A stretch of 64,000 bases of DNA from the human T2T-CHM13v2.0 reference genome, Homo sapiens. Below are positions 11,801 through 29,559 of this stretch, in pieces. A program made the position numbers and the translations under genes. The DNA is taken from the NCBI GenBank assembly GCA_009914755.4, contig CP086569.2, positions 17,984,001 through 18,048,000 of the forward strand, read 5' to 3'. Position 1 is the first letter of the stretch. Each line of letters begins with the position of its first letter. The notes beneath the pieces were generated by a model. That model did no database searches. It saw only the letters and a list, made by a program, of their open reading frames with translations, and was not told the origin of the DNA.

Positions 11801-13235
11801 AATAAGGTCACTTTCTGAATTACTGCATGTTAGTGATGGCAGCAGCAGTCCATCTGGAGTGGCCACTATAAAGATGCTGACTCCAGGAGTAAAGGAATTG
11901 CCAAGGCTGCATGCACTGGGCTGGTGGGACTTGGGAACAGGCAGGAGCCCCACCCGCCTCTGAGTTGGCAGGGTGAGAAAGCCACCCTCCTGGGCACAGC
12001 CGCATCTACCCAGTCACAGCTGTGAACCTGAACATCCTTGTGCTCTCAGGGGCCCAGGAATTCTCCTCTACCCATTCAGGATCAGAATTGTCTGTTCCCA
12101 CTGCCTGGCCTCTTTCCACTCCCAGCACCCATTCTGATTTTGGAGCAAAGTTGAGGCCCAGCCTGGGCACTGTCAAAACCTGGCCAGCTGTGTGCATGCT
12201 CAGGGCAATGATGACATGCCGGGACCCTGGTGCTTCAGCAACCTTTGAACTTTGGATGCCAATGAGCATGAGAGGGATGCTCAGGAGGGGCTGAGGGTGG
12301 CTTAGATTGGGCCTGCAGGTGCCCCTCTGCACAAACTGCCTGAGAGCTGTTGACAACATGATTGATGGCAAGACACAAACAGGCTTCTGGGTGGAAAGGG
12401 GTGGGTCCACAGTGAAGCCCCACCTTCAAGCCAGGGCAGCCTAAAGCATGGGATTCAGGCTGTCATGAAACATGATGCCATTCTTGCCACGTTGTGTGCA
12501 ACCAGAAAGAGAGAAGAACTGCAGCCCTTCAGGGATCCCAGACCTAGGGATTCTTTGATCCAGGGCTGTGACATCCTCTTTGGGGCCCTGTGATTCCTGG
12601 TGCTTCCAAGCTTCTGGGCTCCAAGTTCCCCTTATCCTTTTCTAGACGTGGGTTCCTACTCAGTACATCTGGTCCAGTAGCAGCCTTGCATGGAGCCAGC
12701 ACCTGTGCCAGCACAGCTGGCATGGCTGACTGTGCAGTGAATGGAAACCATACTCACTTGTCCACACACCTCTTGCCACTCTGCTCCTGGATCATCCTTG
12801 GCAGGTGTCGGATCCAGGCTGTTAGCACCAGTCAAACACAGTCTGCTGGGGCAGGTGGGCCAAATAAAGCCAGTGGGTGTGAGCAACACTCAGGCAGAAG
12901 GCATCGTTGGCCACAGAGGTTTCCAGCTGGTGAAACAACATCTCAAAGATCCTGTGACATTAGGACTGGAACATAGATTTCTGGGAAAACCAGTTCAAAC
13001 TCCAGCAACGTTTCTGAGTCTTTTCTTCCCTGACTGCTATTGGGGAATACACAGCTACATTTGGCCCCATGCTTTCACCATAGGAAATGAGTCCGACACC
13101 CGTTGCTTAGTATATGGATAAAAAAGTGTTTTTTAAATTGGAGAGTGAGCATAAATTTGTGATGATTGTGGAATTCGAGTAATTGGGACAAAGTGAAGCA
13201 GATACTTGGCTTCTCCCATCAGCTCTCCATCTCTA

Positions 13236-13744
<509 letters not shown>

Positions 13745-14279
13745 TTACAGTTTGAAAGAGAATGGATACAGTTGAAATAGACATAAAATCTGAGTAACTG
13801 TTCTAAAATACTGTTCAATAGTGTAACATCTTTAATCAAAGATGTTACATTGAATTCTGAGGCTAAGGAGCAGAAAATAACTTTTACAACAGTAATTGCA
13901 GGCTCTCTTCAGTCTGATTGAGATACTAATGAGAAAAGTCATGGAGAAGTGACATTTTTATCAGCATCAACAAAATGCTGAAGAATCTGTGGCTGTTCAT
14001 CAGAATTCCTGACTAATCTGGGGGAATGTACATGGGAAAATGACCTAACAACTTATTAGATATGAAAGATTTATTCAGCAAAACAAGTCAAGGCTTGACC
14101 AAGAGGGAAGATGTTATTCCAAGACTACAGGATACAGAATGTCTGGGTAACCAAATAGGGACCAGATTACACCTTAGGCTTCTAAAATTAAAATTCACAG
14201 TCAACTGAGTCTATTGACACAATTTCCTTTTCATGTTCACTCTCTTTGTTAGCTTTCTAGGGATGCTAAAACACAGCAC

Positions 14280-15300
14280 TACAGACTGGGTGTCTATAAA
14301 AAATTATTATAATAGAATGAATTTGTTGATTGCATCAATGTCTGCTGTCTTATAATCTGTCTATAATTGTTATTTATATGCTTTATATAATATATAATGT
14401 CTATAATAATTATTTAATGTGTGTCTTAAAATTATTATATAATAATCAGTTCATTGCATTAATTCCTGCTCATAAAAATTTATTTATTACATGTCTACAA
14501 TAATTTCTTATTAGTATATTTATTATAATACTTGTCCTAAATTATTATTATATAATGTTATATAATAAATTTAAATATTTATAATAGTAAATTATTACAT
14601 AATAAATTACTTCATTTCATCAATGCCTCCTCTTATATTAATAATTTACTTAGTAATATCTGTCTATAATAATAACGTGTCTTAAAATAAATTATATAAT
14701 ATGTTATTATATAATACATTAGATATTAATAGTTCATTGCCTCAATGCCTGCTGTACTATAATAATGTATTATGTTTATAATAAATATTTATTATTAACA
14801 TATTTGTTATATCTGTCTTAAATTATCAATACACAATAATAAACTATTATATAATAGTTATATATTCATAACAATAAACTTTTATGTAATAAATCAGTTC
14901 ATTGCATCAATGCTTGTTTTCTTTTTAAAATAATTTACTTGGTATTTGTCTACAATAATGTATTAATTGATAAATTATAACAATCAACATTACATTTATT
15001 ATATTTGTCTTAAAATAAATTATTATCTACTAATAAATTATATGATACATTAGTCCATTAGATCAGTGCCTACTATCTTATAATTACATATTTACTATTA
15101 TATCTATAATTTATTAAATGGATAAATTATTATAAGTATCAATGTATTATATTTGTCTTAAATTATTGTTATATAATAAATTGTTATATAATAGATAGTT
15201 CATTGCATCAGTGCCTGTTAATAATAGGCACTTTTATTAACAGGGTGTCTTATAATAATAATTATTATTTATTTATTATACTATATTGATGATCATACTT
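14280..15300. repeat. AT-rich tandem repeat, ~117-160 bp unit, about 7 copies
   Basis: The anchor motif (c)agttcattgcatcaatgcctgct recurs near 14332, 14448, 14597, 14734, 14893, 15050 and 15196. It is embedded in attattatataataa-type sequence. Confidence 0.75.
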
Positions 15301-15319
15301 TATTATGATACCCAGTCTG

Positions 15320-15690
15320 TCTCATACTTCTGGACACCAGCCATCTGAAATCCGCTTGTCAGGTGGGCATATCCTCTCTGTCCAAAATTTTGCAGGGAAT
15401 CCTTCCTTTCTCCTCCTGAGCAGATGCTAGTGGTCATTAATCTTTGGCATCGCTTGGCTTGTGGCTGCCTCAGTCCCATCTCTGCCTCCATCTTTATATG
15501 GTCTTCCCCTGTGTCTCTTCTTATAAGGACATCAGGAGTAGTGAATTGGGGCTATTCCAGTATGTATGAATTAGGGGCTACTCCAGTATGACCAAATATT
15601 AACAATTACATCTGCAAAGACCCTATTTCCAAAGAGGGTCACATTCTGAGGTGCTAGGGGATAGGCCTTCAACATATCACTTTGGGGAAA
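15320..15690 (+). mobile_element. MaLR (MLT1-type) LTR fragment
   Basis: ctttggcatcgcttggcttgtggctgcctcagtcccatctctgcctccatctttatatggtcttcccctgtgtctcttcttataaggacatcagg...aattacatctgcaaagaccctatttccaaagagggtcacattctgaggtgctaggggataggccttcaacatatcactttgggg. Confidence 0.6.
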
Positions 15691-17086
15691 ATAATTAGAC
15701 AGATAACATTTTCTACATAAAACAATCTGATAATATTTTTATTAACTTTTGAAGCTGTAAACTCCAATGTGTCTATTCTGACATTCTCAAATACTGAAGC
15801 CCTTATTTATTACTCTGTTCTCAGAAAAGCCCATATGACTTAATAACCAGTTAATTTCTAATTGTTTCCTGCTTGTTTGTTCTTTCACATCAATTCAGTA
15901 TTTCTTTTTTATTAACTTTTATTTTAGATTCATGAGTCCTTGTGCAGGTTTTTTTCAGATTTCTTTTTTAAACAAAATAAATATTCTTCCCTAAATTCCA
16001 CAAAATGCTTAGTCTTTAGCCATATTTTAACAACCACTCATACAAGCCACTCTTTGTTCTAGGAAATGAAATACAGTACTCTTGGCTTAGTGATTCATTC
16101 CTCCCTGGAAAGTTTGGGTGCTAGCTTTTTCCTTTAATTCACATGCAGTATTATTTATAAATGACCACAGGCAAGCTTTTGAAGTTCCGTGATAACTCTG
16201 CTGTGGCCTGAACTTTTCTTTTCCCCCAAGATTCATATGTGATACCTAACCCCCATGTAGTAGTATTAGGAGGTGATTGGATCATGAGGGTGAAGCCCTC
16301 ATGTATGGGATTAGTTCCTGTGAGTGGAAACCACCCCTGCCCCACCACACAAACATAAATTGGCTCTCACACCACAACAATCAAAACACAAGACATCTGT
16401 GACCAAACCTGTGGGGGTTTCTCCTCTCACGCCAAACATGCAAGCAAGCCATTCTGCAGCACACACCAGCTGGGTGTCTTGCAATTCAGTTCTGACACTG
16501 TCTACATGGAGATAATGTCAGATCCCATAGGCTGAGGGATAGTCCCACAAGACTGCTCCCACTTTCCACGAGTTGCAGGTCTGGACCTTCAGAACTTCGG
16601 ACTGGCCAGCTTCAAGTTGGGTTCCCGTGACTCCCTAGGTAGATTGGTTTGATTTGCTAGAGTAGCTCACAGAATTCTAAAAAACAAGTATATTAGTTTA
16701 TTATAAAGGATATTACCAGGGACACAGGTGAAGAGATGCATAGAGGAAAATATGGGGGAAGGGTCAGGGAGCTTCCATGCCCTCCCATGTTGCACCACCC
16801 TCCTGGAAACTCCATTTGTTCACTCATCCAGAAACTCTCCAAACTCAGTCCTTTTGGGTCTTTATGGAGACTTCATTGGCTAGGCATGATTAACAACTAT
16901 GTAGAAATGTGATTGGACAAAAGACTTGTAACTTAACACTAACAGACGGAGTGGAGAAACCCAGCAATGTCTGTTCAAATTCTTCTTGCTGTGCCTCTAC
17001 AGCATTCCCTCCTCTCAGGTATGGGGCAGGACCCCTTCTGAAATGAGGGTCTTATGACCCACAATCAGACAACCAAGAAAAGGCTT

Positions 17087-17563
<477 letters not shown>

Positions 17564-17594
17564 CTATCTCATTTTATATATATATATATATATC

Positions 17595-17830
17595 ACACTG
17601 ACGCTTGAGGAGGACAAGAAACCACAATTCTTTCTTTTCAGCATCTGAGGACACAGCCAGAAAATATCTTCTAAATCAGGAAGGAAATCCTCCCCAGACA
17701 CGGAATCTGCCACACCTTGATCTTGAACTTCCAGCTTCCAGAACTGCAAACTATAAATGTCTGTTGTTTAGAAGCAACTCAATCTCTGCTATTTTGTGAT
17801 AGCAGCCTGAGTGGACTAAGTCATTCTTGG
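17595..17830 (+). mobile_element. Ancient MaLR-like LTR 3' fragment (family unresolved)
   Basis: gaatctgccacaccttgatcttgaacttccagcttccagaactgcaaactataaatgtctgttgtttagaagc...tgatagcagcctgagtggactaagtca matches the canonical MLT/MST-type 3' terminus. Confidence 0.45.
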
Positions 17831-20295
17831 TGGGAAAATTATCAAATGGAGAAGATACTAATATCTCTTCCTGCTACTGTTCTGTTCTATGAGTGATGAG
17901 TCCAGGCTCAACCTAGCTTCTTCAGCAGGAGTGCTGCCTAGACATTGAATTGCCTCTAGTTGCCTCCTCAAAGCATCTGGTCACAGATCTGTGTAAATTC
18001 TAGTCTTGAATTTGTGCATGATGCAACCATTATGAGAGTGGATACATTGCATCTTTGCAGAACATCTGAAGCTGACTCTTACCCTTAATTCTAGCCTGAC
18101 AAGTATTTATGGTACAGCTGACAAATACCTAATTGTGTGATAACTACAATGAAATACAGTTACAGTTATGTTCTGAACTGTGTTATCAAGCAGTTTACAT
18201 CTTGGGAGAGAGGAATGGAGAAGAAACAGCATTGTGTTCCAGTAGAAGTCAGAAGGTTCATATTCAGACACTGTTATTACCTGGGGAGGGATCGCAGGCA
18301 GGTTCTTTAACCCTGAGTACTCTTCTATGTAGATTTTGATTCTGAGTGCTCTCCTAAGCAAAATGTTCTATGAATTTACAATGAAACCCATGAATAGTGA
18401 GGGCAGGATGTATAAATTGGTCTTCCATGGAGTACAATCAAGTGTAAAAATATGTCTACAACAGATAATAGGGATCCTTGACTGTGCTTTAATTCCCCCT
18501 GCTGATTGGAGGTGACCACATGCTGTCTGTGTTGCAAACAGCATTTTCAAGAGACAGTATGTCTGCTTTGATATGATGGGTTGGTAAGAATGGTGGGTGA
18601 GGCACTGAAAACTGACTATTCATCTGCCTATAGTTTTGTATATCATGCTGGGTTTTTCAACCCAGTCTGTAAAGGAAGTTAGCTTCTTCTACCTATTTCA
18701 GGACATGTCCGTCCTTTGTCAACATGATAAGACCTTAATTCAAAAGAGCTGCTTACCAAAGATGAACCACAGAGTTGAGCACATTACCTTTCATCCCAGA
18801 TTTCAGAGTATATTTGTAGACTGTGGCTGAAAATTGGCTACGAGCATATGAGTTTATTATTTAGTTCTTGGACCCTGGTGAATTTATTCTCAGCAGGAAC
18901 ACCAGGAGTGGTAAACGCAGAACAGTGACAGCCTTCAAGCAGCAATTCTTGTCTTCCATTGATCTTGTCTGCTTCATCCCTGCATATTTATTCTAGCTTG
19001 ATGATTCAATAAATATAAGTACCTATGCTCCAGGAATAGATTTCTCTAGAAACTCTGTTATGTGGGACTAGCAGCCAAGTCATTGGAATTTGAACTGAGT
19101 GAGTCAACAACAACAAGAAAGAAACAAAATGACATTGGAAATTAAAGGTGATTAAATTTCATTACTTGAAATCTGAAGACCACAAAAACTGTCACAAATA
19201 TGAAGATGATGAGCCTCAAGCCTACAAATATAAGAATGATCAAGGATGATACAGGAAACATATAAAGCAGTGGCTATATGCCACCCAAAGAAATCAAAAT
19301 AATGCAAAGGAACGTAGTATTAAGCATTAGGAATATAAACTAGAGAGTGAATATAGACACAAGATAGCTATAAACCTATAATTAATTCCAGAGAAAATGA
19401 AGTTGTTCCTTTGACATATGCAAAGCTAGTGAAATGCTACTGGGAACATTTAAATGAGGTTTTCTCAACCTTGGCACTATTGAATTTTGAGTGACATACT
19501 GCTGTGCTGCAAGGATTATCCTGTGCATTGAAGTGTGTTTTTTAGCATCTCTGGCACTTACCCACTAAAGGCCAGTAGCAGCCTCCAAGTTGTAACAACC
19601 AAAAGTGCCTCCAGACATTGCCCCATTTCCCTGTGGTATAATTTTCAGTATGTATGAGGATCACTGCTTTAGATGTTTTCTGAGGTTCAGCATGTTTGAA
19701 TATATGGAAAGAAAGTGAATTCAGTGCTCCCAGTGAGGAAGTAACCACAATTAGGGAAAGCATGGGGGCAGGAAGTTACTTATCAACTAATTTTTTAGTG
19801 TAGACAAAATGGGTCAATATGAGAAAAAGGAATGCTGCTTAAAAAACATGCTTGCACAATTAAGATAAAAATATGGTTTATAAGTTTTAATAGATTGATT
19901 TATACTCCACTTGGGTAGATACATGTCAGAACACTGAAGGGTTAAACCTCTCATACTTATTTTGGATTTAAAAGCACAAGATTTGTAAACAGACTTCTAG
20001 AATATAATCTGATTTCTTTCCACTTCTGCCTACAAATCTGAGGGGTGAGAAGACTTTCTAGAGATGATGTTTATCAGACCATGATAAGGAGAGCAAATAG
20101 TTGTGATTAACCAAGGGCCAACAGTTAGTGCCGGGAAGAATGGTCTTGGACACAAATATTCCAACCACAAATAACACTTGCCGCACTGTCATAATATTGG
20201 GATATTAATTTTCTCTTTTTTGAGCATGAATTTTTTTAGCAGATATCCCTTTTCCCAAAATTGACTAATTTGTCTACACTGAAACATTCGTTGAT

Positions 20296-22570
<2,275 letters not shown>

Positions 22571-24189
22571 TGATTAATTACTTTCTGCCCCCATGGTCTC
22601 ACAATTCAAATCTCTGCACTTTTGCCTAAGTTGAGAAGTAAGAGTTTTCACTTGTTCATCTGAGAAGCCACATCTCTTCTTGCCATTCTGATTTATGAAA
22701 ATCCCCAAGCTGAAGAAGACTAAACTTACCGGAAGATTTTTTACCATGTCCTGTGTACATAAGTATGGTCATGTTGCCCACTATTTTAATTAATATACAG
22801 TGGATCGCTTAACATGCATATTTGAAAAATGCTCACTGCTTTTTCAAAACTCACTGCCTTTGTATAGGATTTTAAAATCTTCCTGAAAAACATCAAAGCA
22901 TTGGAAATCTCATTTCTTTTTTTAAAAAATAATAATAATAACCAACATTCATATAGCACTGTCCATGGTGTATTACTTTATTGTAACAGTTTTGTGAAAT
23001 AAGCCATAAAATGTGAGAATTTTAGATTAGGAAATAAATGCATCTTAAATTTATTCTACCCACTTAAATTTTAAAAAATATTAAATAGCCACATAGATAT
23101 CAGTAAGCAGAGTTTTTTTCATCACATCAGGGAGGGTATTGATAATCCCTTCCAATAAAGGAATTCTTAGTGCTTTTTTGTGGTTTTCCTTTGGATTTTA
23201 TGTGATTACCCTTCTCAACCTGGAGAATTGTTGAAATAATCATATGGTGTTTGTTTTTCCTCCTCTATCTGTAAAACTCTAATTAAAAAGAGCTTAGTTA
23301 AAGACTTTCTGCTATTGTGGACACATAGCGAATTAATTAGTTAAAAGGAGACCTCTAGTATCAAGTGAGGTGAGAACACAACAGTTTTCATTACTTGGGA
23401 CAGCATGTAGAATGGCTGATAGCTAGCCAATACTAGAGGGACCACCATCCCTGGGATGGCCTTGTCTTATTGGCAACTACCAAAACGCAGCAGATATTGC
23501 ATAGACATTGTCCTCATCAAGCTGGGGATCTCCACTTAATTTTACAGCATTTACCAAGAAGCATCTGAGTTTACAGCCTAAGAAAACTGGAGTTTATTTA
23601 GTCCAGAGAGCCTTTAACTTGAATGTGCACAAAGCTCACATAGGGGTGTTGTTAAAATTCACATTCTGACTCAGCAGATGTTGTGTTTCTCACAAGGTCT
23701 CTGGGCTGTCAATGTTGACTTGCCGGAGGACCACATGTGGAGTCAAGAGATTCATGCTAGAGCCTTTTCATTGTACACTGGAAGGATCTCATCTGCACAG
23801 CAATGGTCCATGGGAGGCAGCGTTCAGTGCTTGCTTCACTGGGCAGCGGTCATCCCCATGTCTGACAATTGTCCCTATGTCTCTGACGATTGAACTTGCT
23901 ACTCTGACTTTCAGATATGAATGAGCCTGTTCACTATGATCATGGTGAAGATATATATGGTAAAGATAATTAGAGGGTAAAGATATACACATATACATAT
24001 ATGCATATAAATGTGCATATATAACATACTATATTACAAGAATTATATGTATTACAGTCAATCCTTGAACACAACATGGGTTAGAACTGTGTGGATCAAC
24101 TTACACTGATTGATTGTCTTCAGATTCTGCATAGACATTGTTCTTATGAAGCTGGGAATCTCTGCTTAATTTTACAGCATTTACAGATG

Positions 24190-24480
24190 AGACAGCAAAA
24201 CAAATCCCTCCTCTTCTTCCTTCTCAATTTGGAGATGATGAAGATGAAGACCTTTATGATAATCCAGTTCCTCTTAATGAACAGTAAAGATATTTTCTCT
24301 TCCTCGTGATTTTCTTAATGACATTTTTTTTCTCAAGCTTACTTTGGTGTAAGAACATAGTAGACTGTACATGTAACACATAAAAAATGCATGAATCAAC
24401 TGTTTATGTTACTGGTAAGGCTTCTGATCAACAAATACTATTAGTATTTAAGTTTTTGGAGAGATAAAAGTTATATTCAG
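24190..24480 (+). mobile_element. Tigger-type (TcMar) MITE-like fragment
   Basis: cttcctcgtgattttcttaatgacattttttttctcaagcttactttggtgtaagaacatagtagactgtacatgtaacacataaaaaatgcatgaatcaactgtttatgttactggtaaggcttctgatcaacaaatactattagtatttaagtttttggagagataaaagttatat resembles the Tigger1/2 terminal region. Confidence 0.55.
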
Positions 24481-24482
24481 GA

Positions 24483-24808
<326 letters not shown>

Positions 24809-25089
24809 TCACATGTTTGAAAGTCAACTGTATATCTTTCTATACAGTTCAATGTATATTATTTTTAAATAGATAAATATATCACAATATATTATGAGTA
24901 ATAAATATTACATTTATTGTATGTATATATTATTAATACACATATATACATATACTCACAAATGTGTAATATATATTATATCCACACATGTAGACATGAA
25001 TTCATATATATGTGTATACGAATAATGTATCACAATATATTAATAGAAATGGGTATGTAGTATGTAGTATATTGATTATGTATATTATG

Positions 25090-25290
25090 TATATCTCTAT
25101 CATGCATCTACCTATAAAAAGCAGGGATTTCAACATGTTCATAGCAACATTATTCACAATAGTCAAAGTATACAAACAACCACTGACAGATGAATGGATA
25201 AACAAAATGTGGTATATCCATTTAATGGAATATTATTCAGCCTTGAAAAGAAAAAAATCTAACACATGCTGTAACAAAGAATAAGTGATT
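25090..25290 (+). mobile_element. Old L1 3'-end fragment (ORF2 C-terminus)
   Basis: ORF 25012-25284 (+) contains FIATLFTIVKVYKQPLTDEWINKMWYIHLMEYYSALKRKK. Confidence 0.7.
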
Positions 25291-25682
25291 ATAGCTGCAA
25301 TCTGTGTTACTTCTGAACATCTCTCTTTCTTTTCTTCTTGGCTTGAGGAGTTTTCTTGTAAGCTACTTGTCACTCATTCTCCAATTACACTAATTTTCTT
25401 TATGGCCCAAAATAACAAAAAGAAAATAGTTTTTTTACCCTTTGATTCATTTTGCTAAAGGTTGTGGCTGCCTCTTATTTTTATAGTGAGATTATCAATA
25501 GTCATTTTTAATCAACTTCAGCATTGTAAGTGAGAAACTAGTAGTTCGCAATCATGTTATTTCAATTAATCATATGGAACATGGATATAGAAGAATTTTA
25601 TTTTGGAGAAAGGAGTTTCTGACAAGGTGTGTCTCTTTCAGGTAGCTTCTTGGCAGAATGAGAATTGTTACACCTACACATT

Positions 25683-25975
25683 TTTTTTTTTTTTGACATG
25701 GAATTTTACTCTGTCACTCAGGCTGAAGTACAGTGGTGTGATCTTGGATCACTGCAAACTCCCTCTCCAAAATTCAAGTGATTCTCCTGCTTTAGCCTCC
25801 TGAGTAGCTGGCACCCGCCACCATGCCTGCTAGTTTTTGTATTTTTAGTAGAGACAGGGTTTCACCATTTTGACCAGGCTTGTCTTGAACTCCAGAACTC
25901 AAGTTATCCACCCACCTAGGCCTCCCAAAATGCTGAGATTACAGGTGTGAGTCACTGTGTCCATCCTACCTTTTT
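25683..25975 (-). mobile_element. Alu, minus orientation
   Basis: Poly-T at 25683-25700, then the reverse-complemented Alu body ...gcctcccaaaatgctgagattacaggtgtgagtcactgtgtcca. Confidence 0.85.
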
Positions 25976-26699
25976 CATATGTCTGTGAATATACTTGGAA
26001 TGTAGATGCTAAATCAATGCTTTGCATCAAGGAAATGCAGCTTAACCTTGATTGTTTTGAAAACTGGGAAGCTACTGCTAATATATTTTCTACTTCATAT
26101 TCCAGTTTCTTGTTTTGAGAAGTTATAGGTTCTATTTTTCTTATTTTTCATAAATATTAAGTGCTAGAAGTCTAGGAAATGTGTGCTTTGAAATAAAGTT
26201 TACTGTAGTGATGGTGATTTTCTCCCCATCTAATGTTTGATCCTACAGGTTGACTTCATGTTACTAATCACTTTCCTCTTAGGTGTTACTAGTCACACTC
26301 TGACAGCACTGTCCCCTTAAAGGGGGAAAATGATTTTAATTATGAAAAAACTTCCCTTCAGTGCAAAAGAAGGGTGAGTCCCCAAACAGACCCCAACCTG
26401 GTCATCTGAATCATGTGGATGTAACCAGCATATCTGTTCTTAAAAGGGTGATGGTAGGATTTGATATTCTTTTTTTTTCTCTCACTTTGATCTATGGCCT
26501 TGCAGAGCAATTCTGTCCAGGGAAAACTTCCAGCATGGGGTGATGCTTTTCACCTGTGCCATCTAATATGGCATTGCTAGCTGTCTGTGGTTATTAAGCA
26601 TTTAAATGTGACCACTGCAAATGTGTGGGTTTTAATTTATTCATTCAATTGTGATTAAATATTCATAACAAAATATACCATCTAACCATTTAAAAAATT

Positions 26700-26929
26700 T
26701 GCATAAGTTTAAGGGGTATAAATATTAGTTTATTGTCATACCGCTGTGAAGAAATGCCCAAGCCTGAGTAATTTATAAAGAAAAAAGGTTTAATGGACTC
26801 ACAGTTCCACATTGCTGAGGAGGCCTCACAATCATGGCAGAAGGCAAAGGAGGAGCAAAGGCATGTCCTACATGGCAACAGGCAAGACAGTTTCTGCAGG
26901 GAACTCTCCTTTACAAAATGATCAAGTCG
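26700..26929 (-). mobile_element. THE1/MST LTR, part 1 (split by an Alu)
   Basis: gtttattgtcataccgctgtgaagaaatgcccaagcctgagtaatttataaag...ggtttaatggactcacagttccacattgctgaggaggcctcacaatcatggcagaaggcaaaggaggagcaaaggc is the reverse complement of the THE1 3' half. Confidence 0.8.
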
Positions 26930-27255
<326 letters not shown>

Positions 27256-27450
27256 GCCATCAGGTCTTGTGAAACTTATTCACTGTCATGAGAACAGCAT
27301 GGGAAAACGCGCCCCCATGATTTCATTACCTCCCACCAGGTCCCTCCCAGGACACATGAGGATTGTGGGACTACAGTTCAAAATGAGATTTGGGTGGGAA
27401 CATGGCCAAACCATGTCAGTACAAGTTCAACTTTTTTACATGGACATATT
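27256..27450 (-). mobile_element. THE1/MST LTR, part 2
   Basis: catcaggtcttgtgaaacttattcactgtcatgagaacagcatgggaaaacgcgcccccatgatttcattacctcccaccaggtccctcccaggacacatgaggattgtgggactacagttcaaaatgagatttgggtgggaacatggccaaaccatgtca is the reverse complement of the THE1 5' half. Confidence 0.8.
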
Positions 27451-27454
27451 ATGT

Positions 27455-28090
27455 AGGGGTAAATTTGGGGCTTTTAGTGAATTCATCACCTGAATAGTGT
27501 ACTTTGTACCCAAAAGGTGATTTCTCATCCCTCAACCCTCTCCACACTCCTATCTTTCCAAGTCTCCAATGTCTACTATTCCACTCTCCATGTCCATATG
27601 GATATATTATTTAGCTCCCACTTATAAGGGAGAACAGGCAATATTGGAATTTGACTTTCTGTTTCTGAGTTATTTTCCTTAAGATAATGGTCTCCAGTTC
27701 CATTTGTGTTCCTGCAAAAGACATGATTTTATTCTTTTTTATGATTGCATAGTATTACATAGTGTACTTGTACCACAGTTTCTTTATCCAGTCATCCATC
27801 GATGGACACTTAGGTAGATTCCACATCCTTGCTACTGTGAATAGAGCTGTGATACACATAAAACTGAAAACATTAAGCACATTCACATTGTTATGCAACC
27901 ATCACACCCTTCATCTCTAGAATTTTTTTTGTCTTCTCAAACTGAAACTCTGTCTCCATTAAACAGTAACTCCCCAAACCCCTCTTTCTTCATCCCCTGG
28001 CAACCACCTTTCTAGTTTTTATCTCTATGAATTTGACTGCTTTATGTGCCTCATAGAAGTGAAATCATATGATACAGTCATTCATTTAAC
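27455..28090 (-). mobile_element. Old L1 (L1M/L1P-type) 3'-region fragment
   Basis: ttatttagctcccacttataagggagaacaggcaatattggaatttgactttctgtttctgagttattttccttaagataatggtctccagttccatttgtgttcctgcaaaagacatgattttattctttttt... is L1 antisense 3' region. Confidence 0.7.
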
Positions 28091-28504
28091 AATGAGAATA
28101 CTTCCTGAGAAATGTACCATTAAGCAATTTTGTCTTGTGGGAACATCAGAGGGTGCACTTACATAATCCTAGATGGTAAAGCCTGTTATACACCTACATT
28201 ATATGGCAGAACCTTTTGCTCCTGGGCTACAAACTGGTATGGAATCTTATTGTACTGGATAAAGTAGGCAATGGTAACACAATGGTAACTGATTGTGTAT
28301 CTACACATACTAAAGCATAGGAAAGATACAGTAAAAGTATGACAATCTTTTGAGACTACTATTATATATGAAATCTGTCATTGACTGAAATATCTTTATA
28401 TGGTGCAGTGTGGTGTTTGTCTTTTATTATGACTTTTTTCTTGAGCACAATCTAATCTTTTCTTTTTCTTCTTTTCTTTTTATTTCCCCTTTTCCTTTCC
28501 CTTC

Positions 28505-29100
<596 letters not shown>

Positions 29101-29559
29101 AGTGAATTGTTTGTTGCAATTTAAATTTAAATAGCCACATTGGACACCATTGTCTTAGAGAACCAAAACGAAACCTAAAAGTTTATTTACCCTGATGATT
29201 AGCAGATAAAAGAGATAGGAATCTTAAGCAATAATAGTTATAATTATGGCATATTGTTCTCCAAAAAATTAGAATTTACTGATTAAGCTTCAATTTTGCA
29301 TTTACTAAATATAAAAGCCTCTCTTAAAGTTTAAGGTGTCTAGGTATAAAACTATTTTAATTTGAGCAAGCTAATAGATTGCTTGTCTAAAATTTGTACT
29401 GGCATCATCTTGAGTTGAATGTAGGAATGATTTAGTGTTTACCATTGAAGATAACGTGTGGCCCATTTCTAAAATACAACCTGCCATAGCTGTGATCATC
29501 TCAATATTTGACCTTGATCAACATCGACACTGTTAATATGATCTGCTAATTAAGGGCAT

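Noticed and set aside
19100-19700. Possible ancient DNA-transposon or L1-like interspersed repeat
   Set aside because: The sequence felt familiar (gttttctcaaccttggcactattgaattttgagtg...gccagtagcagcctccaagttgtaacaaccaaaagtgcctccagacattgcc), but I could not assign a family. I left it unannotated to avoid a guess.
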